Positions 32,701-41,378 of a stretch of DNA of 64,000 bases are shown here, one piece after another (the stretch's first letter is position 1; the number at the start of each line of letters is the position of its first letter). Location: IMG/VR virus record IMGVR_UViG_3300027788_000004, positions 68,787 through 132,786 of that record. One strand, 5' to 3'. The DNA is from a virus. The notes beneath the pieces were generated by a model. That model was given only the letters and a program-made list of their open reading frames with translations. It was not told the DNA's origin and did not search any database. The position numbers and the translations under genes were made by a program.

Positions 32701-33373
32701 TAATATCTACTCATTACCTGGAATTGCTGATGGAGCTAATTACTGTGGATTCTATACACCAAACCTTAGAATAAGAGAAAACGGTGCTACAAAGTTTGTT
32801 CCACCGGCTGCTCATATTTCTAACCTATACATCGACAAATACCAAATGGCTTTACCATGGTCGATCGTTGCAGGACCTAGGAGAGGTGTAGTGAGTGGAA
32901 CAGGAGTTGCAGGTCTTGAGTATAATTATGATAGAACTGATTTAGATAACGTTGAACCATTTGGACTAAATGCAATTGTTAATAAGAGAGGATTTGGATT
33001 AGTGATTAATGCTAATCAAACTGCTCAACAAAATGTACAATCTGCATTATCTCAAATTCATGTTAGAGAATTACTTATCTACATTGAAGATGGAATCGCT
33101 GAAATTCTTAAGAATTACAGATGGGAGTTCAATACTGCACAAAACAGATTAGAAATTAAAACATTATGTGATAACTTCTTATCTCAAATCCTAAACGATG
33201 GAGGTCTTTATGATTTCCAAAACATTATGGATTCATCTAACAATACATCAGAAGTTATTGATAGTAACATTGGAATTATCGACACTTACGTAGAACCAGT
33301 AAGAGGAATGGGTATCTTGGTTAATCGAGTAACTATTCTAAAAACCGGTGATATACAAGCTGGAAACTTCTAA
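29798..33373 (+). CDS. gp18: contractile tail sheath protein (gp18-like) with a large G/A/S/T-rich insertion
   Basis: SGVYRLEFDKS, KGPFNTP at the N-terminus; PWSIVAGPRRG, IHVRELLI, WEFN, EPVRGM at the C-terminus. Confidence 0.93.
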   Translation: MALPANIQQFKSSGVYRLEFDKSQLINIPAETIRLVIGYSNKGPFNTPIFCEDANFFNEVYGGIDTGLELKGSYFHRSCLTALDRGPILALNLWNITETVTADFRALSAESNLANRAVNSTSPVSKFFNQDKFWFIDDDAVISAINTYQGTWDAQSAPNGSSIFNLANTGKKTISVFVVKSDMSGYDATAEVWYGTGKVPPYLDKSSLISDFNVRVLIIQGDFSNYSALAIDPVYGAYFDSKGLKSTYTDAFGNTTDGITALLQLPEVTALAEYHGSLLPEFVDKDGTNLFIEDIINNETSRTGLVCAMNDEWFYDNPAGSTKIVDGLQIDLIGHGLEENEHGISVIDFLSYYGALNAYQPYRQRVYNNNLGLTGVTGSTALNPYIFEGYSGAVGASQFELEQSSTYSTAAMVGCYDILNIYGPNHPYVLGGTAGSYWASGTTAGQSAFETFAGAIVANNSYVSVGVSGASSSAAAAGASGYEGWLLGGTAARYSYAKVTSVTTVSTVNQKDLLKIQIAHTDEAANTGIALPGPSAGGLGQCFTLGYKQGFAGSTWFAAVGTTSSAVKIEVIPSINYCVNPVGIGASHNTMYGGPASQLGVDTTSGTITTGDKIQGINTSTWNFAQIQAVNAFDLRTVAAGPTWGMGAGVDGSMAGGDAFNASSVNMVLSHQVANARVISYSDETYSTGASIGILPGMTGFVDQFLSIPQNGATGATYNETVSISTFTGDINEVFPTPANALTAVNTVILGNGTTGGATAYTGKIEVGQYLVRGFETVAGSGDYNSKIDPRTDTTRLTRINKAIVQSGATPYFEITTEDPIYVYPNVSGNPTAVERYKSLNGFISNYTVSALTGYTVPLTGTKPDGSNIQMNKILDVMYNTNIAATLTDRDAITFRYIVDTFNNGIEPSSKSRLSKICKNRQNAFAILNAPSIKEFKNSTNPLFKLNSTSTFNPQYIATGGNMSLNPSNIYSLPGIADGANYCGFYTPNLRIRENGATKFVPPAAHISNLYIDKYQMALPWSIVAGPRRGVVSGTGVAGLEYNYDRTDLDNVEPFGLNAIVNKRGFGLVINANQTAQQNVQSALSQIHVRELLIYIEDGIAEILKNYRWEFNTAQNRLEIKTLCDNFLSQILNDGGLYDFQNIMDSSNNTSEVIDSNIGIIDTYVEPVRGMGILVNRVTILKTGDIQAGNF

Positions 33374-33389
33374 AAAATAATTTTCGAGA

Positions 33390-33417
33390 TTCTTAAGGAG
33401 AGCAATCTCCTTAAGAA
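33390..33417 (+). other. perfect 12-bp hairpin with GCAA tetraloop between sheath and tube genes
   Basis: TTCTTAAGGAGA-GCAA-TCTCCTTAAGAA; no clear U tract follows. Confidence 0.7.
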
Positions 33418-33479
33418 ATCTTGAGATTAGAGATATATAAATTATAATAAATAAAGAAAACAAACAAAAGATATAAATT

Positions 33480-34037
33480 ATGCCTGGATTACCACACTTT
33501 ACAAATAGTTTAGCGGCTACTAAGTATTACGAACCATTTTATCAGAACTTGTTCGAAGTTAGTATCCTTCCTCCTTCTGCAGTTTCTGGAGGAGAAATTC
33601 TACTAGAGCATGTAAGAAAAATTGGTGGACTTACCAATGAAAAAATGGAAGCTGTAGTTGAACAAAAATATAAGTTCGCTACTAGATCTTATGCGAAATC
33701 TGCACCAGATTCTACTACAGTAGATTTGGCTATTGGATTTAGTTTGAACCTTAACGATGCAAACGAATTATACGTTTACAAAACTCTGAGAGATTGGAAT
33801 AGACTTATCTATAACAATTTAACGGGTGAACAAGGTCTTAAAAAAGATTATGTAGGAACTATCGTTGTTTCAAATTATAATAGAGCAGGCGATATATTCT
33901 GGCAAAGAACCTTTTATGGTTGCTTCCCTACTGGCTCCGAAATGGCCGCTGCAGCAGAGCTGAGTTACGACACAGCTGAACCAGCTGAGTTGGAAATGAC
34001 ATGGAGAGCGGATTGGTGGTCAGAAGATATGGTTTAA
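33480..34037 (+). CDS. gp19: tail tube protein (gp19-like)
   Basis: NLFEV, W..LIYN..TG....KKDY, GCFPT, ELSYD, W.ADWW pattern; follows the sheath gene. Confidence 0.88.
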   Translation: MPGLPHFTNSLAATKYYEPFYQNLFEVSILPPSAVSGGEILLEHVRKIGGLTNEKMEAVVEQKYKFATRSYAKSAPDSTTVDLAIGFSLNLNDANELYVYKTLRDWNRLIYNNLTGEQGLKKDYVGTIVVSNYNRAGDIFWQRTFYGCFPTGSEMAAAAELSYDTAEPAELEMTWRADWWSEDMV

Positions 34038-34070
34038 TTGCTTCAATTTTAACTCCTTAATATAACCCAT

Positions 34071-34110
34071 AAAGGTACTCATTATAATAATGGGTACCTT
34101 TTGTTGTTTG
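34071..34110 (+). terminator. intrinsic terminator after the tail tube gene
   Basis: AAAGGTACTCATTA-taa-TAATGGGTACCTTT followed by TGTTGTTTG. Confidence 0.75.
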
Positions 34111-34264
34111 TATGGTACATATAAGATCAATAGATACACCATCTATAATAGTACATATAAATACTTAATACAAATATGCACATTACTCAACATACTATAT
34201 ATGATTCAAATCTGCTGTAAATTACTCGATGGATCTTAGATATATAATCTAATACTACTATAAT

Positions 34265-34540
34265 ATGTTAATACAAAAAAATAATTTCATTATGGCAAGG
34301 GACAAAAAAATCCAAGTCCTTCTTAATGGAGATGATGAACTAAGATTAAATAGAATAATAACGTCGGCTTCGATGCATACCGGTAGATTGATCGCAACGT
34401 CGACATACGTTAGAGACTTAATTTTACATCATATTCAAAATTACGAAGGCGAACAAAAATCGTTCGTTAACGAACACGTTAAAAAAATCTTAAAAGATTT
34501 CAAATCAAAAACAAACCTAAAAACTACAAACAATGAGTAA
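34265..34540 (+). CDS. small putative ribbon-helix-helix DNA-binding protein (start may be 34292)
   Basis: RDKKIQVLL beta-strand pattern then helices, S-x-YVR-x-LI. Confidence 0.45.
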   Translation: MLIQKNNFIMARDKKIQVLLNGDDELRLNRIITSASMHTGRLIATSTYVRDLILHHIQNYEGEQKSFVNEHVKKILKDFKSKTNLKTTNNE

Positions 34541-35552
34541 AGAAAACGAAAACAATTTCGAAGATGCCGCTAAAAAGGCACTAACCGAAAAAGAATCTGA
34601 AAGCGGATTGTTTAATAAAGCTGCAGAAGAGACAGAAAAAAACAATCCAGTTACTGCTGGTGAAGCTGCACCAACTACATTGGGTAAAAGCTCTGATTGG
34701 CAAAAAAAGAACGAAGATCATGGTGAAGAATATAAAATGGGATGGCATATTGTAAATCCTGCAGGTTTTCCATCTAAAGGAGTCTTTTATCCAGAAGGAA
34801 CTAAAGTTTCTATTAGACCAGCTACCGTTAAGGAGATTAGACAATTTTCTATTGTACAAGATGATGATCCATTTTCGATAGATGAGGCGATGAATCATAT
34901 CATGTCTTCATGTGTAAATGTTAATATACCTGGAAAAATTTCTAACTTTAAGGATTTGTTAGAGGAAGATAGAATACATGCAGTTTTATCTGTTAGAGAA
35001 TTGACTTTCGTTAAAGGTGAAAATAAACTAAACGTTCCTTGTGAATGTGAAGAATGTGGAGCTGCTAATGGAATAGACTTCTCTAATGAAAATTTAAGAC
35101 CTGGAGAGGTTGATGATAAAATCATGAAGTATTTTGATTATGATACTAAGGAATTTAATGTACTAACTAAAAGTTCTGGAGGTTTAAGACTTAGACCACC
35201 GACAATTGGTGTTATGAGAGTTATTACGAAATATATCCAAGACAGAACACAAACACCAGGTCAACGAAAAAAGTTAGATCAAGGATTCGTTAAGATTTTG
35301 CCATATATCGTAGAATCTTGGAGAGGCTTTAATACCGAAAAGATACAAGAGTTAGAAGTAGAATTTCAACGTTGGGATGCAACTAAGTATTCAACGTATT
35401 TCTCATTAGTAGATATGATAAGAGTTGGGGTAGATGAAAAAGTGCACTCAACTTGCACGACTTGTGGAGCGGAGATCCATGCACCAATATCATTTCCCAG
35501 AGGAATCAAGTCTCTTTTCGTTGTTTCAGATATCGCTGGAGAACTACTTTAA
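34533..35552 (+). CDS. baseplate hub / tail assembly chaperone (gp26-like)
   Basis: PSKG..Y, IRPATVKE, CEECG, LRPPTI, CTTCG; lies between tube and tape measure genes. Confidence 0.7.
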   Translation: MSKENENNFEDAAKKALTEKESESGLFNKAAEETEKNNPVTAGEAAPTTLGKSSDWQKKNEDHGEEYKMGWHIVNPAGFPSKGVFYPEGTKVSIRPATVKEIRQFSIVQDDDPFSIDEAMNHIMSSCVNVNIPGKISNFKDLLEEDRIHAVLSVRELTFVKGENKLNVPCECEECGAANGIDFSNENLRPGEVDDKIMKYFDYDTKEFNVLTKSSGGLRLRPPTIGVMRVITKYIQDRTQTPGQRKKLDQGFVKILPYIVESWRGFNTEKIQELEVEFQRWDATKYSTYFSLVDMIRVGVDEKVHSTCTTCGAEIHAPISFPRGIKSLFVVSDIAGELL

Positions 35553-35853
35553 GACCATTACTCAACTGTTATATCACTTGAGATTACAACCAAGTGAAGT
35601 CATGGTAATGCCGTATTATGAATATGAATATATACTACAGAATCTAATAGATATATTAGAGAAAAAGAAAGATGCAGAAGAAGGACAAGGTGAACAACAG
35701 AAAGAAGAACAGAGCTCTATGATGGCTAAATCAAGGTCTATGATGCCAAGCAATATGCCACAAGGTGGTAATATGTCTAGCGGAAGTATGCCTAAAATGC
35801 CTAATATGAGTTCACCTTCATTCCCATCGATGCCTTCTAACTTAAAAATATAG
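35434..35853 (+). CDS. gp51-like baseplate hub assembly protein (true start uncertain: TTG 35521 or frameshift fusion)
   Basis: SLENYFKT...HL...SEVMVMPYYE motif in the +1 frame overlapping the gp26-like C-terminus. Confidence 0.6.
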   Translation: MKKCTQLARLVERRSMHQYHFPEESSLFSLFQISLENYFKTITQLLYHLRLQPSEVMVMPYYEYEYILQNLIDILEKKKDAEEGQGEQQKEEQSSMMAKSRSMMPSNMPQGGNMSSGSMPKMPNMSSPSFPSMPSNLKI

Positions 35854-35865
35854 TATAATGACTAA

Positions 35866-38800
35866 ATGGCTCAGCAACAGAATATAAACACTGCTATTTT
35901 AGGAACTCTCCAAAACATCGAAAGTCTTTTGGAGACTGGAGAAGTAAGAGGACAAAAACTAGAAACCGACTTAGCCGGAATGAGCGAAACCGGTGTAGTT
36001 GGTGCTAGTGAATGGAAAGACTTTTCTAAATTCTTCGGTGAAATGGCTAAAGGGATATCTGCTTTAGTAAAATCTGCTGAGAAAATGTCACCTAAGGCTG
36101 CTAAAAACATTAAAAGTTTATTAGTCGGTATTGGTGAAGCTATTCAAGGATTTTTTGAGGAGGTTTCTGTAAAAGAAGCACAAACCTTTACTATGTTATT
36201 AAAAGGATTAGCTAGTAATATATTAAAGTTCGCAATAAGCATCGTGATAGCAATACCATTCTTATTAATAGCTCCAATAGGAGCATTATTATTTGGTTTT
36301 ACTGTTAGGTTACTAATGTGGGCAATGGGAGCTGTTGGTAGAGGAGCAAGAAAACAAGCAAAAGCAATAAGAGCTATATTATCATTGGCTAGAGGTATAT
36401 TTTTATTCTCACTAGCTATGGTTGCAGTAACACTTTTAGCTCCATTTATTTTAATTGGTGCAGTGGTATTTGCGTTAACTTTATTTATATTAAGTATAGG
36501 ACTTAGATTTGTTTCTAATAGAAAAACTAAACAAGGTATGAGATCTTTACTAGGTATGACCCTAGTAATTTTATTATTAGGACTTACTGTGTATTTCTTA
36601 GGTCAATTACTTACATGGAAGGCTATTGCTTTAGTTACAGTATTAGTTATTGGATTAGCTCTTGCATTCTTCGTTGCTGGTATATTCAAATCCCAGATTA
36701 TGGGAGGTTCTTTAGCGATGCTATTAGGAGCTATCGCAGTTATATTCTTAGCGTTTGCAATGACTATATGGAAAAGTGCAAAAGTCGGATGGATGGATAT
36801 TGCAATGGTCGGTGCTTTAATTTTAGGTCTTGGTATAGTATTTGCATTAGCTGGAATACCAGTTGTAGCTGGATTTATTGCATTAGGTGCTGCGGTAATG
36901 ATGCTGGCTGCTTTACCAATTATTATGATATCCGGTGCTTTACTTATATTTAAGACAGCAAATTGGCAGAAAAAAGATGGAGCATTATTAGAAGGTGCGT
37001 TAGGATCTATAGTTACTGGTTTCTTAGGTGGTCCTATGCCTGGAGGTATAATGTCCGGAATTAAATTTGCTGCTAAGCTAGCTGCTAGAACAGCGTTCAT
37101 GTTTATTGCAATCCCTGCTTTTATACTAGCATCCGTAGCGTTATTACCAATTTCACTTGCATTATTAACATTCAAAAAAGCAAATTTCCAAAAGAAAGAT
37201 GGAAAGGCTTTAGAATTCGTAATGGGTTCTATAATAAGTGCATTTGGTTTAGTTGGTGATAAAAAACGTCAAAAGAAAATGGGTATAGATGTTGATCCTT
37301 GGGAATTATACTTAGGTACTATATCTTTAAGTAGAGCAGGAAACACACTTGCTAATTTAGCAGAAGGTATACAAGCTTTTGCTAATTTGAATGTACCTAT
37401 ATATGAATTTAATGAATCTAAAGGTGAATTAGTAGTTGTTGAAAAACGACCAATGACCGAATCCGATTTTGATATGGCTGCTTATGGAATGGGAAAAGTT
37501 ATTAGTTCTATTGCCGAACCATTTGCATTCGTAGGAAAATTAGATAAAGGAGAATCTAGTGGTAATTCTTTTTATGATGCAATTTTTGGTGGTGGACTTA
37601 TTAAACGAGGTGTTAAATCGCTTCAAGGAGCTGGAGAAGTATTAGTTGGTTTAGCAAAAGGAGTTAAAGATTTTGCAAATTTAACTATTTCTCAATGGGA
37701 AATGAGAGAGGTTGATGGAAAGATGACAATGGTTGAAATTGCTCGTACTCCTATGACAGAAGGAGACTTCACATCGGCAACAAATAATATAAGACGCGTT
37801 GTATCTAACGTTGCAGATGTATTTGCAGCAGTTGGTAAAGCTGAGGCTGATGGTGGATGGTTCTTTTCAAATAACTATACCAGAAAAGGTGTAGCAGCGT
37901 TAGCTGGTTCTGGACAAATAATATCACAATTATCTATAGGATTAAAAAACTTTGCAAATCTTACCGTTTCTACATACGGTATGGTGAAGAATAAAGATGG
38001 AGTAATGGAGTTAAAAGAAATCAGTAGAAAAACACTGACTAATTCAGATTTTAAGAAAGCTACTCAAAACATGAGAAAGGTTATAAATGTAGCTGCTGGT
38101 ATATTTGGTGATGTTGGTGAGGCTCAAGCAAAAGGAACCTGGTTCTTTGCTAATAATTATACACAGAAAGGTATTAAAGCAGTATCCGGTGCTGGTGATG
38201 TTATGGTTGCATTGGCTAAAGGTATACAATCAATGGCTAATTTAACCTTTCCTACATACGAAGTTAGAAGGGGTAAAATGGTAATGACTGGAGTAACGAC
38301 TATAACTGGTGGAGGTCTTGCAAAAGCTGGTGCATCTATTAGATCTATTATTACAACATCAGTGAGTGGAATTACATTTGCGGCAATGATGATTGCTGGA
38401 CAAGAGAAAAATATGAAACTTGTTTATGAAAATGCACCTAAAATTTCAAAGGCATTAGTAGATATAGCTAAAGGCTTCTCAAAGGCATATAAAGCAGGTA
38501 TAGATCCAAATATGTTAGTCCCTATGGCAGTTCTTATGAGATCTTGGAGATTTGTTATCGATGGTTTAGTTAGATCTGCTTGGCAAATGGGATTTGCACA
38601 AGAACACCTACCAACATTGTATGAGCATACACCTCAGATATTAAAGAATTTACAATCAATTGCAAGAGGCTTTAATAAGATGGTTAAAATAGGAGTAGAT
38701 CCTATGTTAATGATGCATACCCGAATTCTTACTTGGTCTTGGTCTCTTGTTGTAAAAACATTTACGAAGGCTGCATTAAAGGTTGCTATATTCCAAAGAC

Positions 38801-39729
38801 ATCTTATGATACTTTATAGACATACTCCTATTATACTTGCAAAATTAGCAGAAATAACTGAAGGATTTAAGACTGCCTTTTCTAAAGGATGGTCTAACTA
38901 TACAGGAAGATTAGTAATAACACTTAGAATGTTTAACATTACTTTACAGTATTTCAGAGAGTATTCGCTTCAAATCATGGATAACTTAGATGCTATGGTT
39001 AATGTTTATCATCATATACCAATCGTATCTAAAATGTTAGTTATTATGTCTAAATCATTTAGAAAATGGATGGATCTTAAAATGACTGATAAAGTGGTTC
39101 AAACATTTACTAATTGGCATATGGCTTTAGCTAATTTGTTTAATCCAAGAGTTTATAAAGGAGCTTGGCAACAAAGTAGATTATTTGGTAAATTTACTAA
39201 AAATGTAGAAGCTCTTGCAAGAGTAGCTCCTATGTGGAAACTGATGGCTAAAGGAATGAACGATACTGCTACCGGTATGGAACGTTACGCAGTGGCTGTT
39301 AATAGTTTTAATCCAGAAAAATTACAAATGGTTGAAGGACTTATGGCTCACTTAGCTGCAATTAGTAAAAGGAATTATAGTATGGATATGATGGGTAAAA
39401 ATTTAGGTGATGGAATTGAACGAGGATTTGAGTTACTTGCAGAAAAGGTTATGGAGATAATACAAGAACAACAAAACAATTTAACTGTTTTAGAAAAGGT
39501 TGGAAACGCTCTTTTACCTGGAGATCCATTTGGAAAAGCTAACGATTATAGCGGTGATGGAAAGGCACAAACAGGAACTGAGAAAAAAGGTGGTGGTGGT
39601 AATCAAATGGCTAAATCTATTGCAAGTGCGGTAGGAAAAGCGGTGAGTAAATCAATGAATGAACTTACTACAAAAACGTTAACTGTTAAATCTGCTAGTC
39701 AGTATGGCGGAGATAAAGTTACGTTCTAA
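35866..39729 (+). CDS. tape measure protein
   Basis: 1287 aa, Ala/Gly-rich and helical, multi-TM N-terminal half, internal repeats; downstream of tube and chaperones. Confidence 0.75.
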   Translation: MAQQQNINTAILGTLQNIESLLETGEVRGQKLETDLAGMSETGVVGASEWKDFSKFFGEMAKGISALVKSAEKMSPKAAKNIKSLLVGIGEAIQGFFEEVSVKEAQTFTMLLKGLASNILKFAISIVIAIPFLLIAPIGALLFGFTVRLLMWAMGAVGRGARKQAKAIRAILSLARGIFLFSLAMVAVTLLAPFILIGAVVFALTLFILSIGLRFVSNRKTKQGMRSLLGMTLVILLLGLTVYFLGQLLTWKAIALVTVLVIGLALAFFVAGIFKSQIMGGSLAMLLGAIAVIFLAFAMTIWKSAKVGWMDIAMVGALILGLGIVFALAGIPVVAGFIALGAAVMMLAALPIIMISGALLIFKTANWQKKDGALLEGALGSIVTGFLGGPMPGGIMSGIKFAAKLAARTAFMFIAIPAFILASVALLPISLALLTFKKANFQKKDGKALEFVMGSIISAFGLVGDKKRQKKMGIDVDPWELYLGTISLSRAGNTLANLAEGIQAFANLNVPIYEFNESKGELVVVEKRPMTESDFDMAAYGMGKVISSIAEPFAFVGKLDKGESSGNSFYDAIFGGGLIKRGVKSLQGAGEVLVGLAKGVKDFANLTISQWEMREVDGKMTMVEIARTPMTEGDFTSATNNIRRVVSNVADVFAAVGKAEADGGWFFSNNYTRKGVAALAGSGQIISQLSIGLKNFANLTVSTYGMVKNKDGVMELKEISRKTLTNSDFKKATQNMRKVINVAAGIFGDVGEAQAKGTWFFANNYTQKGIKAVSGAGDVMVALAKGIQSMANLTFPTYEVRRGKMVMTGVTTITGGGLAKAGASIRSIITTSVSGITFAAMMIAGQEKNMKLVYENAPKISKALVDIAKGFSKAYKAGIDPNMLVPMAVLMRSWRFVIDGLVRSAWQMGFAQEHLPTLYEHTPQILKNLQSIARGFNKMVKIGVDPMLMMHTRILTWSWSLVVKTFTKAALKVAIFQRHLMILYRHTPIILAKLAEITEGFKTAFSKGWSNYTGRLVITLRMFNITLQYFREYSLQIMDNLDAMVNVYHHIPIVSKMLVIMSKSFRKWMDLKMTDKVVQTFTNWHMALANLFNPRVYKGAWQQSRLFGKFTKNVEALARVAPMWKLMAKGMNDTATGMERYAVAVNSFNPEKLQMVEGLMAHLAAISKRNYSMDMMGKNLGDGIERGFELLAEKVMEIIQEQQNNLTVLEKVGNALLPGDPFGKANDYSGDGKAQTGTEKKGGGGNQMAKSIASAVGKAVSKSMNELTTKTLTVKSASQYGGDKVTF

Positions 39730-39774
39730 GATATATAATAAAATATGAAACAAAGTTGATTTGTGTTCATATAA
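39730..39774 (+). promoter_or_regulatory. tandem late (GATATATAA, 39730) and middle (GAAAC-N16-CATATAA, 39747) promoter motifs
   Basis: Both motifs exact and adjacent in an 87-bp intergenic gap. Confidence 0.7.
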
Positions 39775-39816
39775 CTATAAAGTTAATAAAGTAATCAAGG
39801 TTAAAACGTCTATTTA

Positions 39817-40125
39817 ATGGCAAAAGAACATTTCACTACAATGGAGTTAAAGTCTCCATCAGGATTTTCATATTGTGCATACGACAATATAAAGGATTCG
39901 TCTATACTTAAGGGCGAACATATTGGCAAAAGAGTTATGGTCGCTGGTTATAAAACCACGTCCAAATTTTATTTGAAGAGCTGCCATAATAAAGGAGATC
40001 AATACCATCCAACAAATAATGCATATACAGTAAAGACTAACACAGGAATGGAAAGGGTTTTTTACTCAGAACAATGTAGATTGCATCCAGCAGAATACAG
40101 AAAAGGTAAAAGATGGCAACGATGA
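39817..40125 (+). CDS. hypothetical protein
   Basis: 102-aa ORF downstream of the dual promoter. Confidence 0.65.
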   Translation: MAKEHFTTMELKSPSGFSYCAYDNIKDSSILKGEHIGKRVMVAGYKTTSKFYLKSCHNKGDQYHPTNNAYTVKTNTGMERVFYSEQCRLHPAEYRKGKRWQR

Positions 40126-40634
40126 TATATGTAATCTCAGATACTTTTTTTGGAAGGTACTCTAAAGCTAAAGAGCGTGGTTTTGATAATACTCACGATA
40201 TGCAAAAACATCTTATAGAAGCATGGAATGCTAAAGTAAACCCTAACGATATAGTATATCATTTGGGTAATTTTGCATGGGATATTATTTCGGCAGAACA
40301 TGCATTACTTAATCTTAATGGCAATATAAACTTCTTACCATCAACTTATGATTCAGCTTTAATGGAAACTGTAGATGTTTTTGATAATCTAAAAGTTATC
40401 GATAATAGTATATATGTTATAGAAAGTTTAGAATGGGTACTTTCTCCATGGCCATTAAAAGATTGGCCAGGTAAGAAACATGGAGCTATGCATGTACATG
40501 GAGGAGATAAACGATACAAAGCTCAGTTGCAAAAAGAATTAAGATTTAATTCAAATTGTGATTTATGGAGTTATGCTCCAGTATCATTAGAATCATTAAC
40601 TGAAGTGATAGAGATGGCAAAAGAAAATTGTTAA
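40113..40634 (+). CDS. calcineurin-like phosphoesterase homolog with degenerate metal ligands
   Basis: ISDTFFG, WN..V...DIVYHLGNF, LNG.I, W.G...G..HVHG scaffold of phage metallophosphoesterases. Confidence 0.7.
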   Translation: MATMIYVISDTFFGRYSKAKERGFDNTHDMQKHLIEAWNAKVNPNDIVYHLGNFAWDIISAEHALLNLNGNINFLPSTYDSALMETVDVFDNLKVIDNSIYVIESLEWVLSPWPLKDWPGKKHGAMHVHGGDKRYKAQLQKELRFNSNCDLWSYAPVSLESLTEVIEMAKENC

Positions 40635-40714
40635 TAACTTTTGAAAAATAAATGAAAAATAAGTGACTAAAAGTTTTTTTATTCCACCAAAAAGTATTAT
40701 ATTTATATTATAAT
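40628..40714 (+). repeat. conserved intergenic repeat, copy 3 (with duplicated TGAAAAATAA)
   Basis: Matches the other copies; lies directly upstream of the sigma gene. Confidence 0.85.
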
Positions 40715-40748
40715 AATTAAAACAATAATAAACAAAAACAAAAACAGT

Positions 40749-41363
40749 ATGACATTAAAAACATTAGGATTAGAATTCGCCGAAACAAAATCAGAAAAGA
40801 TTTACAACGATCTTTATCATCGAATTAAACCAGGATTAAAAAATTATATCAATCAAATAGTTAAAGATAATCAAGCATCCGATGATTTATTCTCTATGAC
40901 AATGGCTATTGTATATAATAAAATAGAACAATATAAACCAGAATTTCATATATCTACTTGGATTTATCGTATAGCATACCATGAAGCTATCATGCACTTA
41001 AGGAGAAAAAAACGAGCAGCAACTACACCATTCTCCGTTTTCGATTCATATTATGATGGTGATAATTCAAGAGCATCCGAAACGTTAATTTTTAATAATA
41101 CAGATCAAGAACCTTTTGAAGATGATTTTCTAACAAGAGAAGAAAAAGAAAAGGAACAAGAAATAGTTCAAATCGCAATTAAAGAAGCGATATCTAATCT
41201 AGATCCTTTATATAAAGAAATTGTAGAAGATCGTTTATTAAACGAAATGAAATATAACGCAATTTCTCTTAAACATAAATTACCTTTACATACAATTAAA
41301 AATAGAATTGCGAGAGGTAAACGAATTTTACAATCAGGACTTAAAAACTATCAGAATATATAA
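40749..41363 (+). CDS. ECF-like sigma-70 family RNA polymerase sigma factor
   Basis: Region 2 (DDLFS...YKPEFHISTWIYRIAYH) and region 4 HTH (LDPLYKEIV...MKYNAIS....PLHTIKNRIARGK). Confidence 0.88.
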   Translation: MTLKTLGLEFAETKSEKIYNDLYHRIKPGLKNYINQIVKDNQASDDLFSMTMAIVYNKIEQYKPEFHISTWIYRIAYHEAIMHLRRKKRAATTPFSVFDSYYDGDNSRASETLIFNNTDQEPFEDDFLTREEKEKEQEIVQIAIKEAISNLDPLYKEIVEDRLLNEMKYNAISLKHKLPLHTIKNRIARGKRILQSGLKNYQNI

Positions 41364-41378
41364 TTAAATTACAAAACT

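Noticed and set aside
27934-33373. Inteins or introns in terminase or sheath
   Set aside because: Terminase is of normal length and uninterrupted; the sheath insertion lacks intein splice or homing-endonuclease motifs
34038-34264. tRNA or structured ncRNA in the longest intergenic gaps
   Set aside because: No cloverleaf or T-loop signature seen by eye; content is explained by a terminator and promoter motifs. A covariance-model search was not run
36615-36953. Alternative-frame + strand ORFs inside the tape measure gene (and 58594-58833 inside the lipoprotein gene)
   Set aside because: No leader or motif support; by-products of biased codon composition
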